DNA of 59,227 bases, counting the filler. It is 6 parts of 6 records of this genome, joined end to end, with 100 filler letters (N's around TTAATTAATTAA, not from the genome) between each part and the next. Parts side by side here need not be neighbours in the genome. Positions count along the whole stretch, not along the records: positions 1 to 14,478 come from SRR31156797_3405; positions 14,579 to 24,303 come from SRR31156797_3425; 4 more parts are not named here. One strand, 5' to 3'. Below, piece by piece: positions 9,785 to 19,588 of the stretch; within the stretch, counting starts at the first letter, position 1, and every line of letters starts with the position of its first letter. Made by a program: the position numbers and the translations under genes. A model generated the notes under the pieces. It did not search any database, was not told the origin of the DNA, and saw only the letters and a list, made by a program, of their open reading frames with translations.

Positions 9785-10288
9785 ATGGATTTATTGAAAG
9801 CTATATTCGGAAATGTTTTTGGCATTGACGGATTAATTATTCTTTTAGTTATAGGAAATATCTTTTTTGTAGGATTTATGGTTAGGAAAACGTCTGGTAA
9901 GATTGAAGATACATTAAGGCAGGTTGTCTATAAACCACTAGATGAAATACTAAAAAAAATAGCAGTTAGCAAAGAGGATGTAAAAGAGTCAAAGATAGAT
10001 ATGCATAAGTTAAAGCAGCAGATTGAGCGTCAGCAGCAGTGGTATCAGATATTTATATCTATCACATCTATTCTACCAATGATGGGAATTCTGGGAACTG
10101 TGATATCTCTTCTGAGCGTTACTGCTCTGGATACCGGAATAGTTCAGATGAATTTCATGACAGCACTGTCTTCTACATTTTGGGGAATCATAGGAGCAAT
10201 TATATGCCGTGTTATTGAAGGGGCTTTGACACCTGCTGTAGACAGAAATATGGACAACTTTGATATATTAATCAGTAAGATTAGGTAG
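9785..10288 (+). CDS. MotA/TolQ/ExbB proton-channel family protein
   Basis: Three TM segments with LPMMGILGTV and TALSSTFWGIIGAI. ATG 9785 preferred because GGAG lies at 9775-9778. Confidence 0.85.
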   Translation: MDLLKAIFGNVFGIDGLIILLVIGNIFFVGFMVRKTSGKIEDTLRQVVYKPLDEILKKIAVSKEDVKESKIDMHKLKQQIERQQQWYQIFISITSILPMMGILGTVISLLSVTALDTGIVQMNFMTALSSTFWGIIGAIICRVIEGALTPAVDRNMDNFDILISKIR

Positions 10289-10294
10289 ATAGAT

Positions 10295-11110
10295 ATGAGA
10301 TTATCAAAAAAATCCGAGCTAAACCTAACCCCTTTGTTAGATGTAATACTGATACTATTATTTGTATTTATGATTATGTTGGCACAGCAAAAATCAGATA
10401 TGGCTAGTCAAGCAGAAGAATACGAGAATGAGGCTAAGGAATATCAGGATGAGAATGAGGCTGCAGATAAGCAAATAAGCGATTTAGAAAAGGAGAACGA
10501 GAATCTTAAAGCTGAAATAGCACAACTTCAACAGGATTATACTGAACTGACTGCTGATACAGAGTCAGCTAATGAACAATTATCTCATCTACAATCCCAG
10601 ATTGAGGAAAGAGAAGAGACTATGAATAATGCAGCCGATGCATTAGCTGAATTTATTGGAGTAAGCAGCGAAGACATAGAGGACTTGCTAGGGCGTGATG
10701 AGTCAATATCAGAAGATACTATAGCAAAAATGACTGATAAGGAAACTGTTGCAGAGAGCCTTTTAAAATTTAATGCATTGAGTAAGGAATTCTATTTTGT
10801 TGATGTGGAGTTAAAGGGTAAATTAAATAAGGTTTACATAAATGATGAATTTACATCTGTTGGCATAAGCTTGGATGAACTTAATAGCAAAGACAGCAAA
10901 GAAGAGAAAATAGATGAAATAGCGGGATTGATAGAAGAGGCTTTAGAAGACAGACAGGGCGGCTCAGCAATGACTTTTATTACCTTGGAAGTACATGACA
11001 GTCAGGTATATGAATATGCATGGAAAATTACATGGGAAGCAATAGGCGAAGTACAGGAGAAGTATGGTACAGAAAACATATTTAGAACACATATTACATT
11101 AATTGATTAA
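10295..11110 (+). CDS. ExbD/TolR-like membrane protein with long acidic coiled-coil insert
   Basis: N-terminal ELNLTPLLDVILILLFVFMI (ExbD TM with conserved Asp), about 90 aa heptad-rich region, globular C-terminal domain. Confidence 0.75.
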   Translation: MRLSKKSELNLTPLLDVILILLFVFMIMLAQQKSDMASQAEEYENEAKEYQDENEAADKQISDLEKENENLKAEIAQLQQDYTELTADTESANEQLSHLQSQIEEREETMNNAADALAEFIGVSSEDIEDLLGRDESISEDTIAKMTDKETVAESLLKFNALSKEFYFVDVELKGKLNKVYINDEFTSVGISLDELNSKDSKEEKIDEIAGLIEEALEDRQGGSAMTFITLEVHDSQVYEYAWKITWEAIGEVQEKYGTENIFRTHITLID

Positions 11111-11120
11111 GGAGAGAATT

Positions 11121-11492
11121 ATGGCAGGAAAGAAAAAAGGCGGCACTGCTGTTGGGGCTGGTATTATTGTAGCTTTATTAGCAGCATTAGGCATTGGTGA
11201 ATTTGGAATAGGCGACGTAGGTGGTGGTTTGATTTCTGAAGCATTCGCACCCAAAGATGAAGTTGTAGTTTACGAATCAGATAGTACAGATGAGTATTAT
11301 GCTGAAATAATGATTGTTGAAGATGTAGTAACTTTGGACGGTGAAGAAGTAGATGCAGATGATCTTCCTGTATTGCTGGATAGTCTAAATGGTGAAAAAA
11401 TCATTGTTATAGATGGTGGTGCTACTCATGAGAAGTGGACAGAAGTAGTAGATATTGTTTCGCAATTGGACTGTGTAGTTCAAACAAAGTAA
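11121..11492 (+). CDS. Small membrane-anchored protein, C-terminus resembles the ExbD soluble domain
   Basis: AAGGAG RBS before ATG 11121; basic N-terminus, Gly-rich TM; VTLDGEEVDADDL…IIVIDGGATHEKWTEVVDIV. Confidence 0.6.
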   Translation: MAGKKKGGTAVGAGIIVALLAALGIGEFGIGDVGGGLISEAFAPKDEVVVYESDSTDEYYAEIMIVEDVVTLDGEEVDADDLPVLLDSLNGEKIIVIDGGATHEKWTEVVDIVSQLDCVVQTK

Positions 11493-11511
11493 AATTAATA
11501 CTTAAATTAGA

Positions 11512-11549
11512 TAGAAAGCCCCAAAACATAGTGAATTGGGGTTTTTCTA
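11512..11549. terminator. Bidirectional terminator
   Basis: TAGAAAGCCCCAA…TTGGGGTTTTTCTA between convergent genes. Confidence 0.75.
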
Positions 11550-11553
11550 AATT

Positions 11554-12993
11554 TCAAAGTATAGACTTTAATTCATGAATTTCGTTTGATAATTTTTCTT
11601 CTATTATGTCGCCTTTGCGGGACTTTTCTAGGTATTCCAGCAGAATTGGATGGTTCTTTGGTGTAAGAGCCATATTTTTGCTAACTTTTGCTCCGATTAA
11701 TAATAGTATACCTGGAACAAATGCAATTATTAGTCTGATTGTCCATAACACTGTATCAGATTGCTGAATTATTTCGCCTGAATCTGATTCAATAAATCCT
11801 GAAAGCCCAAGCCCAGCCATTACTAAGCCAGTGGCAATTGCAGAGCTAGTCTTTCTGATAAATGTTTGTGCTCCAGAGAATGTTCCTTCAATCCTCTTGT
11901 TAAAATATAATTCGCCTACATCTGATATATCAGAAAATATTGAATAAACCATAACTACTGGGAACGAAATAGCACATCCCATCAGAACTGCTATTACGAA
12001 TACTGGGATTACGCCCATAGAAGGCGTTAATAATATTAATGAAAATGAGAGTATTGCCCAGGCAATACAGCCATATTTGTAAGCTCTTGCTTTGGATGTC
12101 TTTTTTGCTATTTTTGTTGTCAGAGGGATAGAGATTATTTGAACAAATATCAGTGTCCCCAGTACATAATTAGTCATATTGCTTGCCTGCATATAATATG
12201 TCATCATATACATGAAAAGAATAGTGATTACATCTAATGCTAAAAATGAGCATAAGTACATTAGTATATGAGTTCTAAATGTTTTTATCTTCAAGACATC
12301 AATAAAACTACTAAATATATTTCCTTTGATTTTTGGAGCGTTCATGAATTCCTCTCGCTCCTTTGTAAAAATGAATGTACCGATAAACGGTAATGCAAAG
12401 AATATTCCAAAGAATACCCCCATCATTGCATAGCCTTTGCTTATCTGTTCTGCTGGATACATATTTACGATAATAAGCGGAATCAAAGCGCATATTAATG
12501 ATGAACCCAAAGAAAATGACATTCTAATACCAGATATTGATGAACGTTCATTGTAGTCATCTGACAATTCTGGCATCATAGCTTGATATGGAACCATAAT
12601 CATCGTATTCACTGTACAAAAGATAATATATGAAATAAGTGCATAAATTGCCCGTGCAGTCTGTGATTCGTATCCCGGTGAACGCCACAGAATAAAGAAT
12701 GATACAAAAATCAGGGGTATACCTATTAGAAAATATATTCTCCTTCTTCCGAATTTGGTTCTAGTGTTGTCTGTTATTCTGCCCATGATAGGGTCTGTTA
12801 CTGCATCCCAAACCTTAGAAACAGGTATTATCAATGCTACCCAGAACGGATTAATTCTAAGGATGCTGGTTAGGAAGAATGCGTAGTAAAAATTAATAAT
12901 GTTGAATGCACCGCCGCCATAGATATCCGCTGCTCCATACCAGAACTTGGCAGCAAAGGGTACTTTGTGAGTAGTGTTCCCTGTTGTTGTCAT
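11554..12993 (-). CDS. Glycoside-pentoside-hexuronide (MelB-like) MFS cation symporter
   Basis: WDAVTDPIMGRITDNTRTKFGRRR; VPYQAMMPELSDDYNER; about 12 TM segments. Confidence 0.9.
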   Translation of the reverse strand: MTTTGNTTHKVPFAAKFWYGAADIYGGGAFNIINFYYAFFLTSILRINPFWVALIIPVSKVWDAVTDPIMGRITDNTRTKFGRRRIYFLIGIPLIFVSFFILWRSPGYESQTARAIYALISYIIFCTVNTMIMVPYQAMMPELSDDYNERSSISGIRMSFSLGSSLICALIPLIIVNMYPAEQISKGYAMMGVFFGIFFALPFIGTFIFTKEREEFMNAPKIKGNIFSSFIDVLKIKTFRTHILMYLCSFLALDVITILFMYMMTYYMQASNMTNYVLGTLIFVQIISIPLTTKIAKKTSKARAYKYGCIAWAILSFSLILLTPSMGVIPVFVIAVLMGCAISFPVVMVYSIFSDISDVGELYFNKRIEGTFSGAQTFIRKTSSAIATGLVMAGLGLSGFIESDSGEIIQQSDTVLWTIRLIIAFVPGILLLIGAKVSKNMALTPKNHPILLEYLEKSRKGDIIEEKLSNEIHELKSIL

Positions 12994-13067
12994 CGTTTTC
13001 TCCTTTAGTAGTTATTATTAACTATTTATATTTTTTATCTTAAAGTGAATATGGAAATTAAATAATA

Positions 13068-13511
13068 TTATAGAACAGTATGATCCTTTATCTGCTGTAC
13101 AGCAAGTTTATCGCATATATTATTATATTTATTGTCTGAATGCCCTTTAACTTTTACAAATTTTACTTTGTGCTGATTAGTATATGCCAGAAGCTGTTGC
13201 CATAAATCTTTGTTCAACACAGCTTGTTTTTTGGAATTCTTCCAATTGTTCTTCTGCCAAGTATCAATCCACTTTTGGTTAAATGCATTTACCAAGTAAG
13301 CCGAATCAGAATAAACTGTAACTTTACATGGACGATTTAGTGCTGCTAAACCCTTTATTACTGCGAATAGCTCCATTCTATTGTTTGTAGTATTGTCAAC
13401 GAAACCGCTTATATCCTTTTCATTTCCCTTATAAATCAGCACAGCTGCCCATCCGCCTGGACCTGGATTGCCAGAGCAGGCACCATCAGTATATAAATCT
13501 ACACTTACCAT
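13068..13511 (-). CDS. rnhA: Ribonuclease HI
   Basis: YTDGACSGNPGPGG, TTNNRMEL, SDSAY, NKDLWQ, VKGHS…N…D. Confidence 0.96.
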   Translation of the reverse strand: MVSVDLYTDGACSGNPGPGGWAAVLIYKGNEKDISGFVDNTTNNRMELFAVIKGLAALNRPCKVTVYSDSAYLVNAFNQKWIDTWQKNNWKNSKKQAVLNKDLWQQLLAYTNQHKVKFVKVKGHSDNKYNNICDKLAVQQIKDHTVL

Positions 13512-14312
13512 TTACAGCCTCTTTGCTTTTTCTACGCATTTATCTACAGCATTGATAACTGCACTTCTAAAGCCGTCATTTTCAAGTGATTTAATAGCTT
13601 CAATGGTAGTGCCAGCGGGGGAGGCTACTCTGTCTTTAAGCTCTGCAGGATGTATATTTGACTCCTGAACAGCTTTTGCAGAGCCTATTAAGGTCTGACA
13701 TGCTAGTTTATATGCTAAATCTCTTGGAAGCCCATGAAAAACACCTCCGTCAGCCAATGCTTCAATAAACATAAATACATATGCAGGACCTGAACCCGAA
13801 ATGCCGATTACAGCATCCATCAGGTATTCATCTACCATACTAACCTCGCCTACAGAATTAAAAATTGCCTTTGCAGTATTTAATTCATCCAGAGTAAGAT
13901 TGCTGTTATTACTGAGCACAGTCATACCTTCACCAACTAATGCAGGCATATTCGGCATAGTACGCAGGATATGATTATTATTAGGTAAAGATTCCATCAG
14001 TTGTTTTGCCTCAATACCTGCCATAATTGAAATTACACATTTATCTTTGATTAACGGTGACAGAATATCAGCAAATTTCATGAACACATGAGGCTTTAAG
14101 GCTAGAATAATGTATTCACTGTTGTCAATAGCTTCCTTATTGCTTGCTGTAGTCTTTACATCAAGTGTATCCTTTATATATTCTAAGCGGTCAATACTAA
14201 TATCAGATATTGTAATATTTTCTGCTTTTATTATCTTAGCGTCTAGCATACATTTAGCAATAGCGTATGCCATATTTCCTCCGCCAACGAATGATATCTT
14301 GAAATTCTTCAT
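13512..14312 (-). CDS. proC: Pyrroline-5-carboxylate reductase
   Basis: GGGNMA, RTMPN, SGSGPAYVF, VASPAGTT. Confidence 0.96.
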   Translation of the reverse strand: MKNFKISFVGGGNMAYAIAKCMLDAKIIKAENITISDISIDRLEYIKDTLDVKTTASNKEAIDNSEYIILALKPHVFMKFADILSPLIKDKCVISIMAGIEAKQLMESLPNNNHILRTMPNMPALVGEGMTVLSNNSNLTLDELNTAKAIFNSVGEVSMVDEYLMDAVIGISGSGPAYVFMFIEALADGGVFHGLPRDLAYKLACQTLIGSAKAVQESNIHPAELKDRVASPAGTTIEAIKSLENDGFRSAVINAVDKCVEKAKRL

Positions 14313-14357
14313 CTTTTCCTCCGTAAGTTAATATTGCTAATCTATTGTAACTTGTTA

Positions 14358-14386
14358 TTGACAGATTAACAAGTATAATATATAAT
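14358..14386 (+). promoter_or_regulatory. Consensus SigA promoter of tRNA-Trp
   Basis: Perfect TTGACA (14358-14363), N17, TATAAT (14381-14386). Confidence 0.9.
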
Positions 14387-14405
14387 TCTTTAGGTAACTT
14401 CGCAT

Positions 14406-14478
<73 letters not shown>

Positions 14479-14578
14479 NNNNNNNNNNNNNNNNNNNNNN
14501 NNNNNNNNNNNNNNNNNNNNNNTTAATTAATTAANNNNNNNNNNNNNNNNNNNNNNNNNNNNNNNNNNNNNNNNNNNN
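14479..14578. other. Artificial contig linker
   Basis: 44 N + TTAATTAATTAA (stops in all frames) + 44 N. Confidence 0.99.
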
Positions 14579-16558
14579 GTCATTAAGTGCTAAATCACAA
14601 ACTTGATTTACACAAGGTAATCTTTCAGCATCACATCCATCTAAAGAGCATTGATATTGACCATTTGAGTTTTTACTACAAGTTCCTCTTCCATCTGGAC
14701 AAGTATGAATTTGACTTCTACAAACCGCAGTTTCTTTGTCAAAGCTAGTGCATCCTCCAAAAGTATCATCAAGACAACCTGGATCATTGTTTTCTTTTAG
14801 TAGTTCCCATTCATTTCCAAAACTATTTGTTTCTGTTGGACATTGATATGTATAATAAGAGTATTGATTAAAGCCGATATCTGTTTGTTTCCTACATTGT
14901 GTACTACTACCATATTCACTGTATCCTTCAGGACAAACAGAAACAGTCCTTTCACATTGATTGTTCTTCATTGTATAACCTGAAGGACATTTACTTCCAT
15001 AAGAGTAAACTTTACAAATATAGACATCTTGCCAAACAATGTCACCACCTTTTGCTGAGTTGCTTATATAGCCGTAGCCTCCAATAGCAACATTTTTAGG
15101 TTTTCTTATATCACTTTTTAAATATGAAGTATTACAAGTGCTTGAATTATATTGTATTGCACCAACAAAATTTTTTCCATTCCAGTCATATCTTATTTGA
15201 TGTTCAAACCATCTTGTATTAGTCGTTTTGATTATTGGTTGAATATCTGTATTAGTGATTTTATTTGCATAATTTGATTCAATACACTTGTTATTTATAA
15301 CTGTTCCTCCACATAGCTTTTTATCTATTTTAGTTGCAGTTCCATCACTATATTCATATTCTGAATTACAAGGAATAGGAGTACAAGCACTACCACTTCT
15401 TGTCAAAGCTTCTATAGGATGATAAACATAAGGCATAATTTCAGTATTACTAGTATCTTGTCCATTACAAGTTCCATAGCCACATTCCATTTCATTATTA
15501 CAAGCAAATGGTGAACATTTCCAATCTTCATCTACTTTTGCACAAGGTCTATTATTATCTGAAACACAAGTGAATTTTTCTCTTTTACAATTATCTTTAG
15601 GTGGTGTATTTGAATTACAAGGATTTGCTAAATCAGTATTAGTATTAGTTGAGCTTGGATCAGTTTTATTACAATCTCCACCTGCATTATCTGGATTAAA
15701 ATTATAGTCTTGAGTATTTTTTAAATCTGAGCAAATATAATCATAGAAAGTGTATGTTATTTCTCTTTTACATTGACCTTTACTTGTCTCAGTTCCTGTT
15801 GTTTCAGTGTATCTATTAGGACATTGAATAGTAGTAACAATTTTTCTACATTGAGAATTATTAATTTTTGTATATCCACTTGGACAGTTTGATTCTTTTT
15901 TATAAACATTTACATATCCAGAAGCACTACCTTTACCCTTTTTTGTTAATTGTGCAACAAATTTATAGTTACTGTGATAACCAGTTTTAGAATCCATTTT
16001 TGCTTCAATTATTTTATTTGAACCATAATATAATCCTATTCTTGCACTATTTTGATTTGTTCTAGATGCTGTTAATTTAATACTATATGAACCAAAGATC
16101 GAATAAGTTCTTGAACCATGTCCTTTATATGATTTACTGTATCTTGTTTGATAATTCCATCCATTAGATAAAGGAATATACTCATAACTTTCAGTTAAAG
16201 TTTTATCTGCATAATCAACTACTGTTCCAGTTTGCATTTGACTATATCCATCTTCAATATCCCATTCTTGTGCACATTGAGCAAGTGATTCATTGCAATA
16301 AATATTTCCATAACTATCTTTATCACAAGAGTTTGTTTTAAAGCTTCTTGGAATCAAACCAATGATTTTATCTACCTCAATTCTTATCTTGTCATATTTA
16401 TTAATAATATTGTTTTGAGGTGCATCAATATCACTTTGGTAAGTAAAATCCCAAATTTGTTTTTGTGGACTTAATAATTCTCCATTATTTACTTTAGAAG
16501 CATTAATTTGAGAAATTACAAGTGTAATCAATATAAATAGTTTAATAACCGAATACAT
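14579..16558 (-). CDS. traN: TraN-like mating-pair stabilisation protein (C-terminus truncated)
   Basis: Signal peptide; many Cys and CPxGY repeats; lies downstream of traW-traU-trbC. Confidence 0.7.
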
Positions 16559-18938
16559 ATATGAATCCTTTCTTTCCTACTTCTTCTTTTTTAGGAAATA
16601 TTCTTAAGTAAGCACTTTTTTTGTTAATTGCTCCATAGTGATATACTTTAATATCACTATCTGCATCACCATTGTCAGAAGTTGTAGTTTGTGCATAACT
16701 ACTAGCTGATAAATTGTCATAAATAGCAGTTAATTCATTATTATCAATTGCATCAATTATTTCTTGGTAAGTAGGTAGATAGTTTTTATAAAATGTATAT
16801 ACAGTGAACTTGGAAATAGCTTCTCCTGTTCCATCATATGAGCCAGTGTAAATAGGAAAATCTCTTAATCCAATAGTGTTTACTTTTCTTACAATTCCAG
16901 GAAGTCTATATATTATGTTATTAAGATTGTTTATTACAGGAAATCTAAGTGTTGGTAATTCATCTAATGAAATTTTTTCTGATTTATAGTATTCTGTTAA
17001 ATTTAAACAAGAGTGATTGTGCCATTTGTTATTAACTTGATCAAAAGTTTTACACTCCCAAATTGCAGTTTCATTGTCAGTATGAATATATTGTTGTTGT
17101 CCTTCCTCTTCATTTTCAACAAATAAGTTTCTTCCCCAATTTCTCTTTACCGCAAATGGCTTGAAAACATCATCTGTATCAGAAGTTCTAGTGAAAAGGA
17201 TTCTATCTTTTGTTCTTTCAAGTTTTCCTTCTTCATTGTATACATTTTCCTCTACAATTGCATCTATCACAACAAAAAAATTAAAATCATCTGAGTCAAC
17301 ATCATAAGACCTTGGTTTTACTTCTGCAAACAATGCTCTTACACTGCTAGTACTTTGTCCATAGTTAGCACCATACATACCAATTTGATGTGCTTGAGAT
17401 AATTCTGTATTTTCATCTAAACTAGTAACCGTTTGTGAATATCTTTGTTTACTTAACATATAAATATATGCTTCATCTTTCCATTCTTCAGCATTTCTTT
17501 TTATGTAATCTATATCGTCTCTTAATAATGGTCTAGGTCTTTTTACTCCAGTTTGTTGTGTTGAATTTATAATAGTATGGATAGGATATTCACCTGCTCT
17601 AAATACGTTTTCATTTAAAATTCTATTTCCATTTAGTCTTAATTCTTTACAAGTATCTAGTTCACAATTGGTTTGACCTTCAATGCATCCTTCTTGGAAT
17701 TCTTTCAAGATGTCAGTATTGAATGTTTTAATATCTAATACACAAGCATGGTTAGTTCTACATACTGAATTACAAGAGTCTTCAGATGCAAAAGTACCAT
17801 CTAGGTTTTCTCCAGTTACTCCATAGTCAGCACAAATTTTGTAATTTTTTAGTCCTTTAGTGAACTCTATGATATTTCCAGAAGGACACAAGTGAGCAAA
17901 ATCACCTGGATTTTTTGTTGTCAAGTCTTGGTGTTTTGGACAAATAAATTTATCATTAGATTTAAATACTAGTTTAATATTTTTTAATGTCAGCTCTAAC
18001 TCTTCTTCTTCAGAATATACTTTTAACTCTATATTTTTAACGATATCAGATATTGTTAAATTTAAACTATTATTTTTATCAAGAAGTAGTTTTCTTACAA
18101 TTTGTAGTTTTTGCCCCTTCTTGTTTATATATCTAATATCTAAATAAACTTTTTTTCTTTCATCTTCTTTTGATATATCAAATTGAATTTTGTCTACAAT
18201 AGTTTCATTTGTAATTTCTTCATTAATTAATAATTCATCATTAGTATTATTTTCATCAATTTTAAATATGATGTTATCAATCTCATGAGTTTTTATTTCT
18301 GGATTCTCAACAAGTGATACACATCCAAATTGCTCATAACATTCATTTTCACATTGTCTTCTTGCTTTTTTCCCATCTTCTCCCATTGTTTCACCAAAAG
18401 TTAAAGCTGCACCTGGATATGTACATTTATATCTAATAGGAATATTTCTAGTTATATAACATTTAACTGTACCGTTCTGTGTAAATGTTTTATTACTACT
18501 ATTTAGTGAATCTGATATTAAATCTTCTTGCATATCTTGAGTCCAAGCATTAATTGATTCAATATCATCAAATTTTTCACTTTTTTGTAGTCCTTCTGTA
18601 GTCATTTCATTAGGGTTTCCAGAAATAGCAGTTTGACCTGCGATATCACTGTTAATAAACATTTGAATATTTCCTATATAACCTGTATTACCACCTTGAT
18701 TTTTTTGGAAATCTTTGGTAGTCCATTCTTTTATATCCTCACTATCAGAGGCTTCTCTATAAGTTCTATACTCTTTTGTATTCCATTGGCTTTTGTCAAT
18801 GTTAAGGTTTTTTTTGTTTTGTTTCTCAATTGCACTTAATTCTTTTTCTTCCTCAGTTTCAGTAGACTCAGTAGCATATAAATTTATATTTAATAAGGCT
18901 ATTGCAAACAGTGAATTCTTTATTATTTTTAAAATCAT
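16542..18938 (-). CDS. Large exported Cys-containing protein between trbC and traN (possible second TraN-related subunit)
   Basis: 798 aa, signal peptide, Cys clusters (CENECYEQFGC, CNSVCRTNHAC, CIEGQTNCELDTC); overlaps both neighbours. Confidence 0.6.
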   Translation of the reverse strand: MILKIIKNSLFAIALLNINLYATESTETEEEKELSAIEKQNKKNLNIDKSQWNTKEYRTYREASDSEDIKEWTTKDFQKNQGGNTGYIGNIQMFINSDIAGQTAISGNPNEMTTEGLQKSEKFDDIESINAWTQDMQEDLISDSLNSSNKTFTQNGTVKCYITRNIPIRYKCTYPGAALTFGETMGEDGKKARRQCENECYEQFGCVSLVENPEIKTHEIDNIIFKIDENNTNDELLINEEITNETIVDKIQFDISKEDERKKVYLDIRYINKKGQKLQIVRKLLLDKNNSLNLTISDIVKNIELKVYSEEEELELTLKNIKLVFKSNDKFICPKHQDLTTKNPGDFAHLCPSGNIIEFTKGLKNYKICADYGVTGENLDGTFASEDSCNSVCRTNHACVLDIKTFNTDILKEFQEGCIEGQTNCELDTCKELRLNGNRILNENVFRAGEYPIHTIINSTQQTGVKRPRPLLRDDIDYIKRNAEEWKDEAYIYMLSKQRYSQTVTSLDENTELSQAHQIGMYGANYGQSTSSVRALFAEVKPRSYDVDSDDFNFFVVIDAIVEENVYNEEGKLERTKDRILFTRTSDTDDVFKPFAVKRNWGRNLFVENEEEGQQQYIHTDNETAIWECKTFDQVNNKWHNHSCLNLTEYYKSEKISLDELPTLRFPVINNLNNIIYRLPGIVRKVNTIGLRDFPIYTGSYDGTGEAISKFTVYTFYKNYLPTYQEIIDAIDNNELTAIYDNLSASSYAQTTTSDNGDADSDIKVYHYGAINKKSAYLRIFPKKEEVGKKGFIYVFGY

Positions 18939-19519
18939 TCTTCTTCTCCAAGTGAATTATAAAGCTTTAGATATTCTTTATTTTCAGTAGATACAATCTC
19001 TAAAAATGAAACCAGACTGATATCCCCTTTAACCAAATATTTGTGCTCACATCTTTTAAAATCAAATTCACTATTGCATGATGATAAAGCATAAGCAGGA
19101 ACATACTCTAAGTTAAAATGTTTAAAACTGTGAAAATGGATAGGATAATATTCAATATTTTTTATTTGCTCTTCTTCAGTGATTGTTTTAAAGAAAACTG
19201 CAGTCTCTTTAAAATCATCATTAATTAGACCTCTTGTCATAACTTTTCCCATTAGGTTTGGGTTGAATCTTTTAAGCTTATTTATGTAGTTAGAAAAGTT
19301 CTTTAACATCACATTTGTAACTTTAGAATCAACAAAATAAAAAATAGTTGTATATTTGTTGTTGTCGTAGTTTTCAATATATTTTTTTGTTGCATTTGTT
19401 AGTTTTTCATTTGAATTAGCAGCAGTTAAATTATTTTCAAGTGTATTAATAAAATCATTCATAATATCATTTGAGAACAAAAAAGTATTAAGTAAGATAA
19501 CTATTATAATATTTTTCAA
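18935..19519 (-). CDS. trbC: F-type pilus assembly protein TrbC-like
   Basis: FKHFNLEYVPAYAL…C…C…VKGDISLVSFLE matches the TrbC C-terminal pattern; follows traU. Confidence 0.65.
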   Translation of the reverse strand: MKNIIIVILLNTFLFSNDIMNDFINTLENNLTAANSNEKLTNATKKYIENYDNNKYTTIFYFVDSKVTNVMLKNFSNYINKLKRFNPNLMGKVMTRGLINDDFKETAVFFKTITEEEQIKNIEYYPIHFHSFKHFNLEYVPAYALSSCNSEFDFKRCEHKYLVKGDISLVSFLEIVSTENKEYLKLYNSLGEEE

Positions 19520-19588
19520 GCTTTTTCCTTTTATTGTTGACTATAATCATATTTTTAGTTTAGATAATATGAAAGAAGTCAAAAAAAA

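Noticed and set aside
9785-11492. Zorya (ZorAB) defence system or flagellar MotAB
   Set aside because: The A subunit has no long cytoplasmic tail, the B subunit has an ExbD-type TM motif and no OmpA-like domain, and there are no zorC/D/E or flagellar genes.
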